52,934 nt of DNA from Fonticula alba ATCC 38817 (Eukaryota > Protista > Nucleariida): assembly GCA_000388065.2 (NCBI GenBank), contig KB932207.1; one strand, 5' to 3'. The notes beneath the pieces are model-generated. The model saw nothing but the letters and a program-made list of their open reading frames with translations. It was not told where the DNA came from and did not search any database. The first letter of the stretch is position 1; every line of letters starts with the position of its first letter. The translations under genes and the position numbers were made by a program. Positions 9,217 to 21,379 of this stretch are shown in pieces.

Positions 9217-12200
9217 ATGACCGCCTCCGAAACTTCCGGGCGGCGCCAGCCTCTCGGCCGGATGGTCAGCACGCTGGCCTTGCTGGGTATGGCCCTCGCC
9301 TCGACGGCCAGCGCCGCGTCGGTCATGTCGATCGACTATGGCTCCGAGTGGTTCAAGGTACGCGCCCATTCGGATTTCGACCCCGGTCTCTGGCTGCTGT
9401 GCCTGACATTACCCCTGCCGCCGCCCCGCCCCACCCCATGTCTGCCCGATCTGCGCCCAGGTCGCCTATGTCCGGCCCGGCTCGCCGATGGACATCGCCC
9501 TCAACCCCTCGTCCCAGCGGAAGACCGCGTCATCGATCGGCTTCGCCCGGGACGGCGAGCGCCTCATCGGCGACACGGCCCTGGCATCGGCCTCGCGCCA
9601 GCCGCACCACACCTACACCGGCCTCCTGGACATTCTTGGCCTGCCGGCCGACCATCCCAAGGTGATCTCTTATCTGGAGCGCTCTGCCAACCAGGTGGTC
9701 GTGCGCCAGGACCAGGAAACCGGGGCTGATCGCCTGCTGCTCAAGGGTCCAGATGGTGCCGAATTCCATGTCGAGGTGCGCGCCATCCCCTGGCCTTCCC
9801 TGTGGTCCCGCCCTCCCTCGCCCGCCCGCGGGCCGCTGTGCATTCTGGCCTCGTCCCTCCTCCCTAACCGTCGCCCCCATCCCCCTCCCTGCCCCCTTCG
9901 CTTTGCCTGGGCGTCGCCCATTCAGGAGCTGATTGCCATTCAGCTGGCCGAGGCGGCCACCTTTGCCGCGCACTCCACCGGCGAGCCTGTCACCGACACA
10001 GTCCTGGTCATTCCCTCGTACTTCACCCAGCCCCAGCGCAAGGCTATCCTCAACGCCGCCAAGCTGGCCGGCCTGAATGTCCTGGGGCTCACCCACTCGA
10101 CGACCTCCGGTACGCCCTCGCTCGTCACTCTGGCCGCGGGGGGGGGGAGACGGCCCGACACTCGGCCGGCTGCCGCCACCTGCCTCATGTTGCTGACACC
10201 CATCTTGCCATGCTGCTGATGCATACGCGCGATCTCTCTCTCTCTCTCCCCGCCCCCCCCCCCCCACACGCCCTTCCAGCCGCCCTCCAATATGCGATTG
10301 GCACGCGTCTGTCCGAGAAGGAGACCCATCTCTTTGTGGACATCGGCGCCGGCAGCGTGTCCGCCAGTGTGGTGGGCATCGTGCCGAAGCCGCCCATTGG
10401 CACGGTCAAGGGCAAGAAGACTGCCGCCGCGCCGACTGCCCGCGATCCGCTCGAGCTCAATGTCCTGAGCCACACGCATGATGTCAACTCCGGTGGCCGG
10501 GCCCTGGATGAGCTGCTTGCCATGCACCTCGGTTCGCTCTTTGACCGGGCGCACAAGCGCAAGTACGTGACCCCTACCACCGCCTTGCCCCTCGGTCCGC
10601 GCCTTGAGCGTCTCCCTGGAGTCTTGTGGCTGACCTCCCTCCCCCCCCCCCCCCCCCTACACATCTCCTCCCCCAACCATTACACCCCGCCCTCCGGACA
10701 GGACCCCGGTCTACTCGGAGCCCCGCGCTCGGGCCCGCCTGTTGCATGAGGCCTCCCGCGTGAAGCAGGTCCTCTCGGTCAACGTGGAGACCATCTCCCG
10801 TGTGGAGGGCCTGCATGATGGGCTGGACTTTTCGGCCCCCATTTCCCGGGCCACCTTCGAGGAGCTGGCCGCCCCGATCGTCCAGCGCATTGGGGCCACG
10901 GTGCGCGCGGCGCTCGCCGGGTCCGGCCTGAGTGCCGACGACCTGACCAGTGTCAAGCTCTTTGGCGGTGGCACACGCGTGCCCCTGGTCCAGCGTGCCC
11001 TGCGGGAAGCCCTCAATGTCGAGACCCTGGCCCACAACATCAATGCCGACGAGGCGGCCGCTCTGGGTGGCGCCTTCCGCGCGGCCTCTCTTCTGTCGAC
11101 CTTCCGCACGCGCACGGTGCGCGTGCGCGAGCACCCCCCGGTCCCGGTCTTCATGCCGACCCGCCTGGCCGCCGACACGGACGACGCCCCGCTGGTCGAG
11201 GTGCCGCTCTTTGAGACGGCCGCCTCGCGGCGGGCCCTGGCTCGGCCGGTCGGGCGCCTGGTCGACCGCACTACCCTGCCCGTGACGCCGGCCTTTTTGG
11301 ATCGGCTCGAGGACACCTTTGCCGATGCCGCGGCCACGGGTCGGCTTTCGGTCCCGGTGCAGATCGGCGCCACCGAGACCGGGGCCCTGTGCAGCCTGGA
11401 TGTGGAGGTGGCCCCCGGGCAGCGGCCGGCTTTGGTGGCCGTGCAGCAGGCCCTGCGTGCGCTTGACGCCGGCGCCGCCCCGGCCGGCCTGCTGGATGAT
11501 GCCCTGTCCCTGGACATGTTCCTGTCCCTGGACTCCTTCGGAGCCGGGCTGCTTGGCGTGGTCAATTCCTCGGTGCACGTCAGTCCCGAGGCCTCCCAGG
11601 CACTTGGCCTGGCCACCGAGGCCACAAACTCCGGCAAGGCCGGTATCATTGGTGCGTTTGCCGCCGCCGCCGCCGCCCCCGCAATCCGGGCCCCACCGAC
11701 CTCCCTCCCTCCCTCCCTCCCTCCGGCATGTGATCTGACCGCTGGTTTGTCGCCCCTCCCTCCAACACCCTGCCACTGCCGCACCCCCACCCCCACCACC
11801 CCAGGCAACATCCTCTCATTCATCAAGGGCAACAAGGCCCAGGCGGCGGACAAGGACGCCGCCGAGGATGAGGAGTTCGCCCAGCCGACCGATACCACGG
11901 TCGCGGCCGAGCCGGCTGATGAGAGTGCCTCCCCCAAGATCGGGGCCTCGGATGTCATCATCACGGCTGGTGGCAATGCCACCGCGGCGGAGCTGCTCCA
12001 GCAGGAGGCCGCGGCCCGGTCGACGGTCATCCCCCTCAAGTCGCGCATCACCTGCCAGCCGGCGGGGCTGTCGGCCGAGGAGCTGACCCGTGCCCGGGAG
12101 CAAATTGCCCGTGTTGACCAGGCCGAGGCCGATCGTCGGGCTCGGCACGACTCGATGAATGCCCTGGAGGGGGCCATTTACCGGATTGGTGGGGCCCTCA

Positions 12201-13477
12201 GCGCGGCGCAGGATGAGTTCCTGTATGCCGACGCCGGGTCCCCCTGGCCGGGTGCGGCCTTTGCCCGGTTTGCCCTGGGGCTCGAGCGCCGCGAGCTGTC
12301 CAACATGGTGTCGGAGTTCCGCGATTGGTATGAGGACTACGAGCCGGGCACCGGGCAGCATGACGACACCCCGACCGCCGAGTATCAGCGCCGCCTTGAG
12401 CAGCTGCAGGACCTCGAGCGCACGATCCTGGCCCGGCGCGATGCCTGGGCTCAGCTTGGCCCGGGGCTTGAGGCCGTCAAGAGTGCGTGACCGACCAGCC
12501 TTGCCCCTCGTCCCTTCTTGCCATTTTTCCCCCTCGCTCCCCCCCCGCCTCCCCTTCTTTGCTGTGCAAGTCGGCCAGCGACTCATTCCTCTCCCCCTCT
12601 CCTTCTCTCGCTCTCCCTCTCGTGACCCTATGTCTCGACCGGCGCCCTCTCCTCCTCACCTGGTGTAGACGCCCGCGCTGCGGCTGTCGCCGTTATCGAG
12701 CAGGGCGCCGCCTCGCTGCTGAAGGGCACCCAGCATGCGGAAGCCGTGAAGGCTTCGACCGAGGTGTCTGGCGCCGTGGCGGCCCTCGGATCGGCGGTCG
12801 AGGCGGTTGACGCCTGGCTGGCCGATGCCGACGTTGCCGGTGCCATGGCTCTGGTGGCGGCGGTGGATGATGGCCGGCTGGGCGAGCATCTTCGTCCGGC
12901 GGCCGGCGCATCGGCCCCGTATGCCCCCTGTGTGCCGGGTGGCGCGGCCAGCGAGGACCAGATGATCTCGCTGCAGGTTCGCCCAGATGCCCTGAGCTCT
13001 TCGGTGGATGGGTCGCCGGATGGGCCGCTGGCGTGCGACCCGCCGCTCCAGGCGGCCAGCGACTGGGAAGAGAAGACCCGGTCGCTGGCCAGCGCGCTGG
13101 ATGCTGTCAGCCGGTCTGTCAAGCGCGTCGAGACCAAGGCCCGGCAGGCCCTCGAGGCGGCTGCCCGGAAGGCCGCGCGCGAGGCCCTCGAGAAGGAGAA
13201 GCTGGCCAAGGAGCGCGCGGCCGAGGCGGCCAAGAACGCCACGGCCACCGACGACAAGGCCGATCCCGGCGCCACCAACAACGAAGAGCAGCACCCAGCC
13301 GGGGAGCCGGATGAGGAGCTGAACACCACCGGCGGCGGCGACGGCGGCGGCGGCGATGGCCCCAATGCTGAGGCTGATGCCGGGCCAGGAGACGCCGACG
13401 ACTGGCACGATGCCACGGACGACACCGCCGGCCATGCGCGTGCTGGCCGCGCCTCGCGCTCTACCTCGGATCTTTGA
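9217..13477 (+). CDS. HYOU1: ER Hsp70-family chaperone / nucleotide exchange factor HYOU1/GRP170/Lhs1; model join(9217..9357,9461..9775,9926..10109,10280..10562,10702..11651,11805..12482,12669..13477), ~1119 aa (alternative start 9262)
   Basis: Signal peptide LALLGMALASTASA, then VMSIDYGSEWFKVA, MDIALNPSSQRKT, VIPSYFTQPQRKAILNAAKLAGLNVL, FVDIGAGS, PRARARLLHEASRVKQVLSVN, LFGGGTRVPLVQ, NADEAAALGGAFRAA and SMNALEGAIY. All introns are phase-consistent. Confidence 0.9.
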
Positions 13478-14247
13478 GTGCGCCCCGCGCGGGTGTGCCG
13501 TCACCTTTGCCATTCTCTCGGCCGAATGGATGTGCTGCGACCCCCCCCCCCCCTTCTCTCCCTCCCTCCTCTTCGGGGCATCATTTCACCTGTCTTTGTT
13601 GGGGCCCATCCGCGCGCTTGCTGTGTGCCCGTGTGCGTGTTCGCCCCTGTGCAACGGAGCTCCCTGCAGAGACGTTCCCCCCTCCCCCCCCACACACATA
13701 TATATATGAAAAATAGACTTTCCCTTGTTTCCCACAGATTCGGGGACCATACGTGGGGGCTATTTGGCTCATGGTCGGCGGGGTGGGGCGGCCTGTGGAA
13801 GGCGGGGACGACACCGAGACAGGCTCATCCCGGCGCGGGGGGATTGAAGGGACAAGAGAAATGACCCGGAACAAAATGAATCACTGAGTCCAGGACCGAG
13901 AGAGCGTGGAGTGATGAGAACGAGCGCGGCACAAAAAGAGGGAGGCACGCCCAGACCGGGGCGCGGCAGGAGGAGAATGCGACGGCACATGTGTCGGTGT
14001 GTGTGTGTGTGTTGACTGTATTGACTCTGGAAGAAAGGATGGCAGTGGAATACACGAAGGAGCGCAACACGCGTGCGCCTTGCTCAAGGGAAGCGGGCGA
14101 GGAGGGTCGTCTCGCGGCGGCCGGGGGAGGACGAGCCACGGGCAGGGAGAGAGAGGAGGAGAGAGAGAGAGAGAGAGGAGCCCCCCTCCCCGCACTGCAC
14201 CTTACCCCGGGGTCGTGCCACGGTCGCTGGTCGCACCAATCAAGCCC

Positions 14248-15593
14248 TTAGTAAACGTAGTTGCGAACGTAGAGGGTCTCGCTGGCGGCGGCGCTGGCGG
14301 CACCACCGGTGTACTTGCCGATGGAGGCCTGGGAGTTGGCCTTGGCGCGCTGGAGAAGGGCGGCCTTGGCGGCGGGGACATTCTCGGCCTGGCCCTTCCA
14401 GGTCTTGAGGACGGTGGCCTGCAGGGCGCGACCGTACGAGAAGGTCAGCTTCCAGGGCTTGCGGTTGGACTCGGCGTCGAAGCGGTTGATGGCGTTCAGG
14501 TGCAGGGTGGCATCCTCCTCGGACTGACCACCAGACAGGAAGGTGATGCCGACAACCGAAGAGGGGACGGTGCGCTGGAGGACGGTCACCGTGGCGGCGG
14601 CCACCTCCTCCGGGGTGTAGGAGACCGGGCAGTCGGCACCGGCGCAGACCATGCTCGGCTTCAGGAGCGACCCCTCGAGGAAGACACCATGCAGGTGCAG
14701 GTAGTAGTAGGTCATGGCCAGGACATGCTCGGCGGCGATGACAGCCTGGGCCAGGTCGTGGGAGCCGTCCATCAGGATCTCGGGCTCGACGATCGGCACC
14801 AGGCCGTTGCGCTGGGAGATGATGGCCATGCGAGCCAGGGTCTCGGCGTTGGCGCGGATGGAGCGCTCGGAGGGGACACCGGTGACCGGGTCGATGCGCA
14901 GGGCGCAGCGCCACTTGGTGAAGCGGGCACCCTGCTGGTAGTACTTGGCGCAGCGGGCCTCCAGGCCATCGAGGCCCTGGGTGACGGTCTCGCCGTTGGT
15001 GCCGGGGATCTCAACGAGACCCTGTGACCGGGTGTGTGCGTGAGGGAGGCGAGGGCAGGGGGGGGGGGGGGGGAGAGCATGTGTCGAGATCGGTGACAAA
15101 GCAGGGAGGTCAGGGGGGGGGGAGCGGAGGGGGCGCGTGGAGGAAAAAGCCAGCTGAGAAAGACCACCCAATCGGCGATGCACGGTACGCACGGTGTCGA
15201 TCTTGATGCCCGGGATGATGCCCGCCTCGTTGAGGATCTCCACGAAGGAGCGACCATCGGCGGCCTTCTGGTAGAGGGTCTCCTCGAACATGATGACACC
15301 ACCAATGGAGTCGGCCAGCTCGGCGCCAGCGGTGAAGAGGAGCTCGCGGTAGGCGCGGCGGTTCTCCTCGGTGTTCTCGACGTTGATGCTCTGGAAGCGC
15401 TTGCCAATGGTGCCAGTGCTGGAGGGGGGCGGTGTCAGGAACCCGGGGGAAGAAAGACCGCTGGGCATGGGGGGGAAGGGGGGAAGTACCTCTCGTCGGC
15501 AGCGAGGATACCGCGGCCGGAGGCGACAATCTTGGCGGCGTTCTGAGCAAGCTCAGCGCGCTTCTCAACGGGGATGGCACAACCGATGGACAT
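14248..15593 (-). CDS. Fructose-bisphosphate aldolase, class I; model join(15593..15490,15418..15193,15021..14248), 367 aa
   Basis: [67 protein letters not shown], Schiff-base [30 protein letters not shown] and a C-terminal Tyr. Strong C/G-ending codon bias. Confidence 0.97.
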
Positions 15594-15710
15594 GGTGTTG
15601 TGGGAAATGGAGTGGAGGGTAGACACAGAAGGGGGAGACACCGTGTGTGTGTCGGGAGGAGGGAAGGGGGGGTGGGGTCCTTCAGTGGGAAGATGCCCGA
15701 TGCCCGGGGC

Positions 15711-15718
15711 CTTTATAT
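15711..15718 (-). promoter_or_regulatory. Candidate TATA-like element upstream of aldolase
   Basis: The minus strand reads ATATAAAG, an AT island in GC-rich DNA about 120 nt upstream of the aldolase ATG at 15593. Confidence 0.4.
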
Positions 15719-17416
15719 GTTCTGAACCCAGCGTCTGAGGCCGTGCGGCCCGCGGGCCACAGAAGTGCGCGAGCCTTAGACCGAGGAACGGCCCCCTCAC
15801 CCGGGGGGGGGGGAGGGGGGGAGGGGGGTGTCCATTGCTCTCGGAGAAGTCCCCCCCCCCCCCCCCAACGCCTCCATGGCCTTGTGGTGCCCGATTACTC
15901 GGTAACTGTTGTNNNNNNNNNNNNNNNNNNNNNNNNNNNNNNNNNNNNNNNNNNNNNNNNNNNNNNNNNNNNNNNNNNNNNNNNNNNNNNNNNNNNNNNN
16001 NNNNNNNNNNNNNNNNNNNNNNNNNNNNNNNNNNNNNNNNNNNNNNNNNNNNNNNNNNNNNNNNNNNNNNNNNNNNNNNNNNNNNNNNNNNNNNNNNNNN
16101 NNNNNNNNNNNNNNNNNNNNNNNNNNNNNNNNNNNNNNNNNNNNNNNNNNNNNNNNNNNNNNNNNNNNNNNNNNNNNNNNNNNNNNNNNNNNNNNNNNNN
16201 NNNNGGTACGGTCGAGCAGCCAAGCCAGAGAGAGGGTCGGGGGGTGTCCATTGCTCTCGGGGCCCTCCCCCCCCCCCCCCCACGTCCGGGGGCAGTCTTC
16301 GGGAAGGAACGAAACCCCAGATGCGGAGGTGGCGGGCCCCGCCCCGGCGGAAATACGCCGGGGCGGCAAGACGGACGGACGTAACGTAGTCCGTCCCCCC
16401 CGCTCGACGTGCCCCGAACCATGGTGAGGCATCGGCGCATCCGCACCCAGCGAGTGTCCCTTCCGGCGGGCTGGCGGGCGGGCGGGCGGGGCGCGGCCCA
16501 GGCCGCGGGCGACCAGGGCCGATCAGGAGGCGTCTCGGCGCGCATGAGATGACGACGTACAAGGAACCGGCTGCCAGGCCGTGGGACACGCCCCGGGGTC
16601 CGGCATGTGTGCGACTGATGTGAGCGCCGAACAGCACTCTCGGGCCTTGTTCGCTGGCGGGCCGGTAGCCCTGCCGTTGTGCTTGGAGGCTCGTCCCCCT
16701 CCCGCCACCAGCCCCCCCAGGCCCGGAGCAGCCAGGCCCGGTAGCCACCAAGGGGGCAAGCCCCGCGGGAGGGGGCCCTCCAACGCATCCCCATTGTCGG
16801 GACTTTCCCACGTTTCGCCGGAGCGAGTGCTTGTCGGGGTCCCGCCTCGGGAGAGCGCGCGCTCACGCAAGGAGCATGCGCGCGGACTCCCTGCGGGGCA
16901 TATTGGCACACTCGTCCCCCCCCCCCCCCCCCCCCCTCCCTTCTCCCGCGCAAACCCACACCCGCACCCGTCGAGGCCTGTCTGCCCACTACGAACCGGC
17001 CGATGGACATCCATCATTCGGGCATCATCACACCTGCGGTTGGCGGAGGGCGCGGCCGCGGCGGCCCGGCCGCCCCAGTTCGTCCGCTTGGGCATTGTCA
17101 TTCAGCTGATCATTCGCCTCCCCACCGTCATGTGCCTAGAATCCCCTGGAAGTCACACCTGCGCTAGTGCGCACGGAGGGGGGGGGCGGCCCACCGCGCC
17201 CTGCCCTGGTGGTCGGCCGCTTGAATCCCGCCACCGTCTATTTCAGATCCCGCCGTGTGGACGGACTGCTACACCAGCACAGCACTCCCCCTCCCCACTC
17301 CGCTCGCCCCTCATCCCTTCCTGCCCCCCCCCCCTCTCCCTTCTCCCCCCCCCCCTCTTTCGCGTATCCCCCTGCATCTAGCCCCCGCTGCTCCAAGGGT
17401 CCTGACTGGAAAGAGC

Positions 17417-19114
17417 ATGTCTCAGAAGCGCAGCGCGGAAGAGGCTGGCATTGGCCCCGGTCGAGCCAGCGTCCGGCCCCATCTTGCAGCCGGACCGCCC
17501 CTCTTGAATGTCCCGGCCGTGCACCCCGGTGCGCCGGTGGCCGCGCGGCCGCGGCCGCCCGGCGCACCCATGGGCATGGCTCGGCCGCCCTCCGGCCCGG
17601 TGCCGGTCCCGCTACACGCACCGCCGGTCATGGTCCGGCCACCCGGGCCATCTGCCGGTGTCAGTGTCGGCGCCCCGGTGGGCCGTCCCGTTCCGCTGGC
17701 CGTCCCGCTGCCGGCCCCCACCACCGCCGCCGCCGGGACCCCGTCCAGCGGGACGAGATCCGTCGGCCCGATGGCCCCATCCGGCCGGGCTGGCCCTGGC
17801 GGGGTCGCCGCCGGTGCCATTCCCGTGCCGTATGCGGTGGCCGTGCGGTCGATGGCCACTTCGACCGGCGTGGCATTGGCCTCGGCTCCCACGGCCGCCG
17901 TGGTTCGGCCCACCAGCGGCGTGGCTCTCTCCTCGCCGCCGGTCCCGGCGGGGCCCACCCCCACGGCCGCCGCCGCCGCCGCCGCCGCCGCTGCCACGGC
18001 GTCCGCCTCTGCCGCATCCCCGGCCGCCCCGGCTGCTTCGACCACTTCGGCACCGGGTACCCCGCTCGGCGGCCCGGCTGCCACGGCCGCCGCCACGGCC
18101 GGCCCTGCCGCCGCCACCACCGCGCGGCCCATCCCTCAAATCGATCCAACCATCCTCTCTTGGGGCGCCTACTACGAGAGCCTTCGTCGCGCCGGGCAGG
18201 ACCCCGTGGTCACGGTGGCCAAACAGCACCTCGCCCAGTATGATGGGAATATGGCGGCCGCGACGGCCGCTGCCCAGGTGGCCATTGCCTCGGTCGATGC
18301 CCAGTACCAGGCCTACCAGGGTGCGCGCTTTGGCCCTCCTGCCCTTTGTCCTGGCCCGCCGTTCCTTTTTCCCTCTTTCCCTTTCGGTGGCTTCCCTTGG
18401 GGTCTCTCTTTGCTCCTCACCCTGGCTGTCCATCTTGCCCGCCTTCGGCCCCATGCGCCACCCATCCGCAGCCGCCACTGGCGCCCTTGATCTCGAGAAG
18501 AAGCGCGAGATCACTGCCCGCGCAGCCGGCGGTGAAGTTTGGAACGATCCGACCCTCGCCCAATGGGATGAGAGTGCGTGCTTGTCGCTGTGGCCTGTCC
18601 CTTTGCCACTCTTCTCCCCCCGCCCCAAGGCCATCGCACTGACCCCAGCACACCCAGACGACTATCGCATCTTCATTGGCGATCTCGGAAATGACGCGAC
18701 CACCGAGCTTCTGACGTCGGTCTTCCGGGAGTATCCCTCCTTCCTGCAGGCGCGCGTGGTCATGGACAAGCGCACCAACACGCCGAAGGGCTACGGCTTC
18801 GTGTCCTTCTCCGATCCGGATGACTACCTGAAGGCCTTCCGGGATTGGGACAACAAGTACATCGGATCGCGCCCGGCCAAGATGCGTCCCTCCTCCTGGA
18901 AGGATCGGTCACGCGTCGAACAGGACCCAACCGAGATCCGGGCCATGAAAAAGATGCACGGCATCCTCTACAAGAAGAAGAGGTGCGCGTGCGCTGGGTG
19001 GAGGTGCCCTGGAAGGTTTCCTGCCTTGGTCGATGACTAACCCCGTGTCCTGGCATTGGCCATGCTTCCCCCTCCATGCTTCCGCTGCTTCCTTGGTCCC
19101 CCTGTAGCCGGTAG
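17417..19114 (+). CDS. RBM42: RNA-binding protein 42 (tri-snRNP RRM protein); model join(17417..18320,18472..18573,18658..18982,19108..19114); if the last intron is not spliced the stop is at 19040
   Basis: RAAGGEVWNDPTLAQWDE-NDYRIFIGDLGND, YPSFLQARVVMDKRTNTPKGYGFVSFSDPDDYLKAFRDWDNKYIGSRPAKMRPSSWKDR. This is the typical RBM42 RRM, preceded by a Pro/Ala-rich N-terminus. Confidence 0.9.
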
Positions 19115-19233
19115 CGGTGTATTCCGCAGAGACACGGACGCCGTCGTTGGTCTCTTTTTTTGTCATTTGCCCCTCAGATCAAGACGTGCAGACGGGAAAA
19201 TACACACAATACCCAGACACGCGACATCGTTGA

Positions 19234-19378
19234 CATACACACACGCACACACACAGACACACACAGACACACACGCACACACACGCACACACACGCACAC
19301 ACACGCACACGCACACACACGCACACACACAGACACAGACACACACAGACACACACACAGACACACACACAGACACAT
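19234..19378. repeat. Compound (CA)n/(CACG)/(CAGA) microsatellite between RBM42 and the carboxypeptidase
   Basis: acacacgcacac/acacagacac repeats. Confidence 0.9.
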
Positions 19379-19604
19379 CGGAAAGGCACACAGGCAAAGA
19401 AAGAAGGAGGGGGAAATGAGTACATGCAGCGCCGGAAACCGGCGCCGTACATCGGAGTGGAGAGGGANNNNNNNNNNNNNNNNNNNNNNNNNNNNNNNNN
19501 NNNNNNNNNNNNNNNNNNNNNNNNNNNNNNNNNNNNNNNNNNNNNNNNNNNNNNNNNNNNGGGGGGGGGGGACATGGCGGGAGACCATGAGGAAAGCCAG
19601 GCTT

Positions 19605-21379
19605 CTAGTTGGAGATCGGCCCCTCGGCAGCGGCGCGCTGACCCAGATACAGGATGCCGGCCCAGGCCTCCTCGGCGGTGGGGCGGATCTGCTCCGGCGG
19701 CAGGCGGAAGCCATAGCGGCCGGTGTCACGGAGCTCGAAAGTCCAGCCCCACATGCCACCCTGCTCGGTGTACCAGTCGTCAGTGCTGCCAGTGGTGGGG
19801 TACAGGCCGGAGGCCGGCATGCTGGTGTACACCGACCCGTGGACGGCCAGGATGGCGGCGGCGATGCCATCGCCAACCGAGGCCAGGACCGCCTCGTTCG
19901 GGGCCGGAGTCACCGTGTAGCCGAAGGACCGGAGGATCAGCTGGCCATAGGCATGGATGTCCAGGCCGACACTGCGGTTGGACAGCTGCTCGAGGACGAA
20001 CTTCTGGACGGCCTGGGTCTCGGGCTCGGAAGCGGCCGACGGACCGCGGTAATCCGTGGCACACGGCCGGGGGGAGGCACCGACACCGCCCCAGTGGTTG
20101 TCGAAGTTGCGGTTCAGATCGACACCAACGCAGGGGGTGGCATCGGCAGCCTGGGCATCGGTCGACTTGTCGGCCGGGCGGCGGTTCTTGCGCCACAGGC
20201 GGTCACTGAGTGCAAGGTGTCCGCAAGGAGGGGCCGAAGAGGCACAAAGGCCAGGGGTCAGCAGATGTATGAAGAGGGGGAGGGAGGGAGACAGACAAAA
20301 CAAGAAAGAAAGAAAGAAAAAAAAAGAAAGAGAGGCACGAAGGGCGGCCCGGTAAGGGATGACGCACTGCTCCCAGCTGAAAACATAGCCATCGGGGTTG
20401 AGCATCGGGGCAATGACAACCTCAAACTCATTCAGGAAAACGGTGGTGTTGGCATCCTGCGGGCGGGCGGGCAGGCGCGCGCGCGCACACACACATGTCA
20501 GAAGAGGTCCCCTCCGGCAGGCACCCTCACAGGCCCGCGTCAAAAAGAGCTAGGCAGAAAGACACCCCAACGTACCGATCCATAGGCGTCCACAATCTGG
20601 GCAGCCACGTACTGGGCGGTGGCCGGGGAAACCCACTCGCGGGCATGGATACCGGCACTGATGAAGAAGGTGCGCTTGGGCTGGGGGCCGAAGCGCGGGC
20701 GCAGGCGGATGACCGGCAGGTCGCGGCCCTCGTGCGACTGGCCGATGCTCGGGATCCAAGTGGCCTCGACCTGGTGCGAGGGGATGGACTCGGTGTGGTT
20801 GACCAGGCCCATGTAGAAGTCCAGGATCTCCGGCAGGGGATGGTACGTGTCGTGGTGGTCCGACAGCTGGGGGTTGGCCACAAAGTGGCCGGGGTGGCTG
20901 CGGCGGGAGCGCCAGCGCGGGGGGGACTCGGTCTCCCACAGGAGATCGGCCACATCCTCCACATGGACAAAGCACCCGGGGAGGGAGGACTGGCGGGGGA
21001 GGGGGAGGCGCAAATCGCGATGTCAGCATCGGGCGAGAGAGACAGTCGGCACGGGGCGCGACATAAGAAAAAAAAACCGACCGTGGGCCGTGCAATCCCC
21101 GGCAGCCGGGGGCCGAGGGGAGCCTCGCACCAGAGTCGTGGTCAGCAGACCAGAGGAAACAACTTCAACATGCTCGGTGGTCTGACCCCAGAACTCCGGC
21201 TCCTGGCCATGAGTCACAAAAGCGTTGTTCAGGGGGTGGAGCTGCTCCAGCGGACAGCGGACGATTTGCTTGCCACGGTGAAGCTCGATCGGCGCGGCAC
21301 CGAACTCGCTGCTGGGGATCGGCGAGCCGGCAACCAGGCCGAGAGCCGAGAGGGCCAACAGGCCAAGCGGGACCAGCAT
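19605..21379 (-). CDS. Secreted zinc carboxypeptidase, M14A family (A/B-type with prodomain); model join(21379..21131,20989..20576,20456..20368,20205..19605), 450 aa
   Basis: Signal peptide, then IGQSHEGRDL, SAGIHAREW (Zn ligands HxxE), PMLNPDGY, DRLWRKNR, GVDLNRNF, SEPET, LDIHAYGQ, LYP (Tyr248 equivalent), TFELR (catalytic Glu) and YGFRLPPEQIRPTAEE. Confidence 0.93.
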
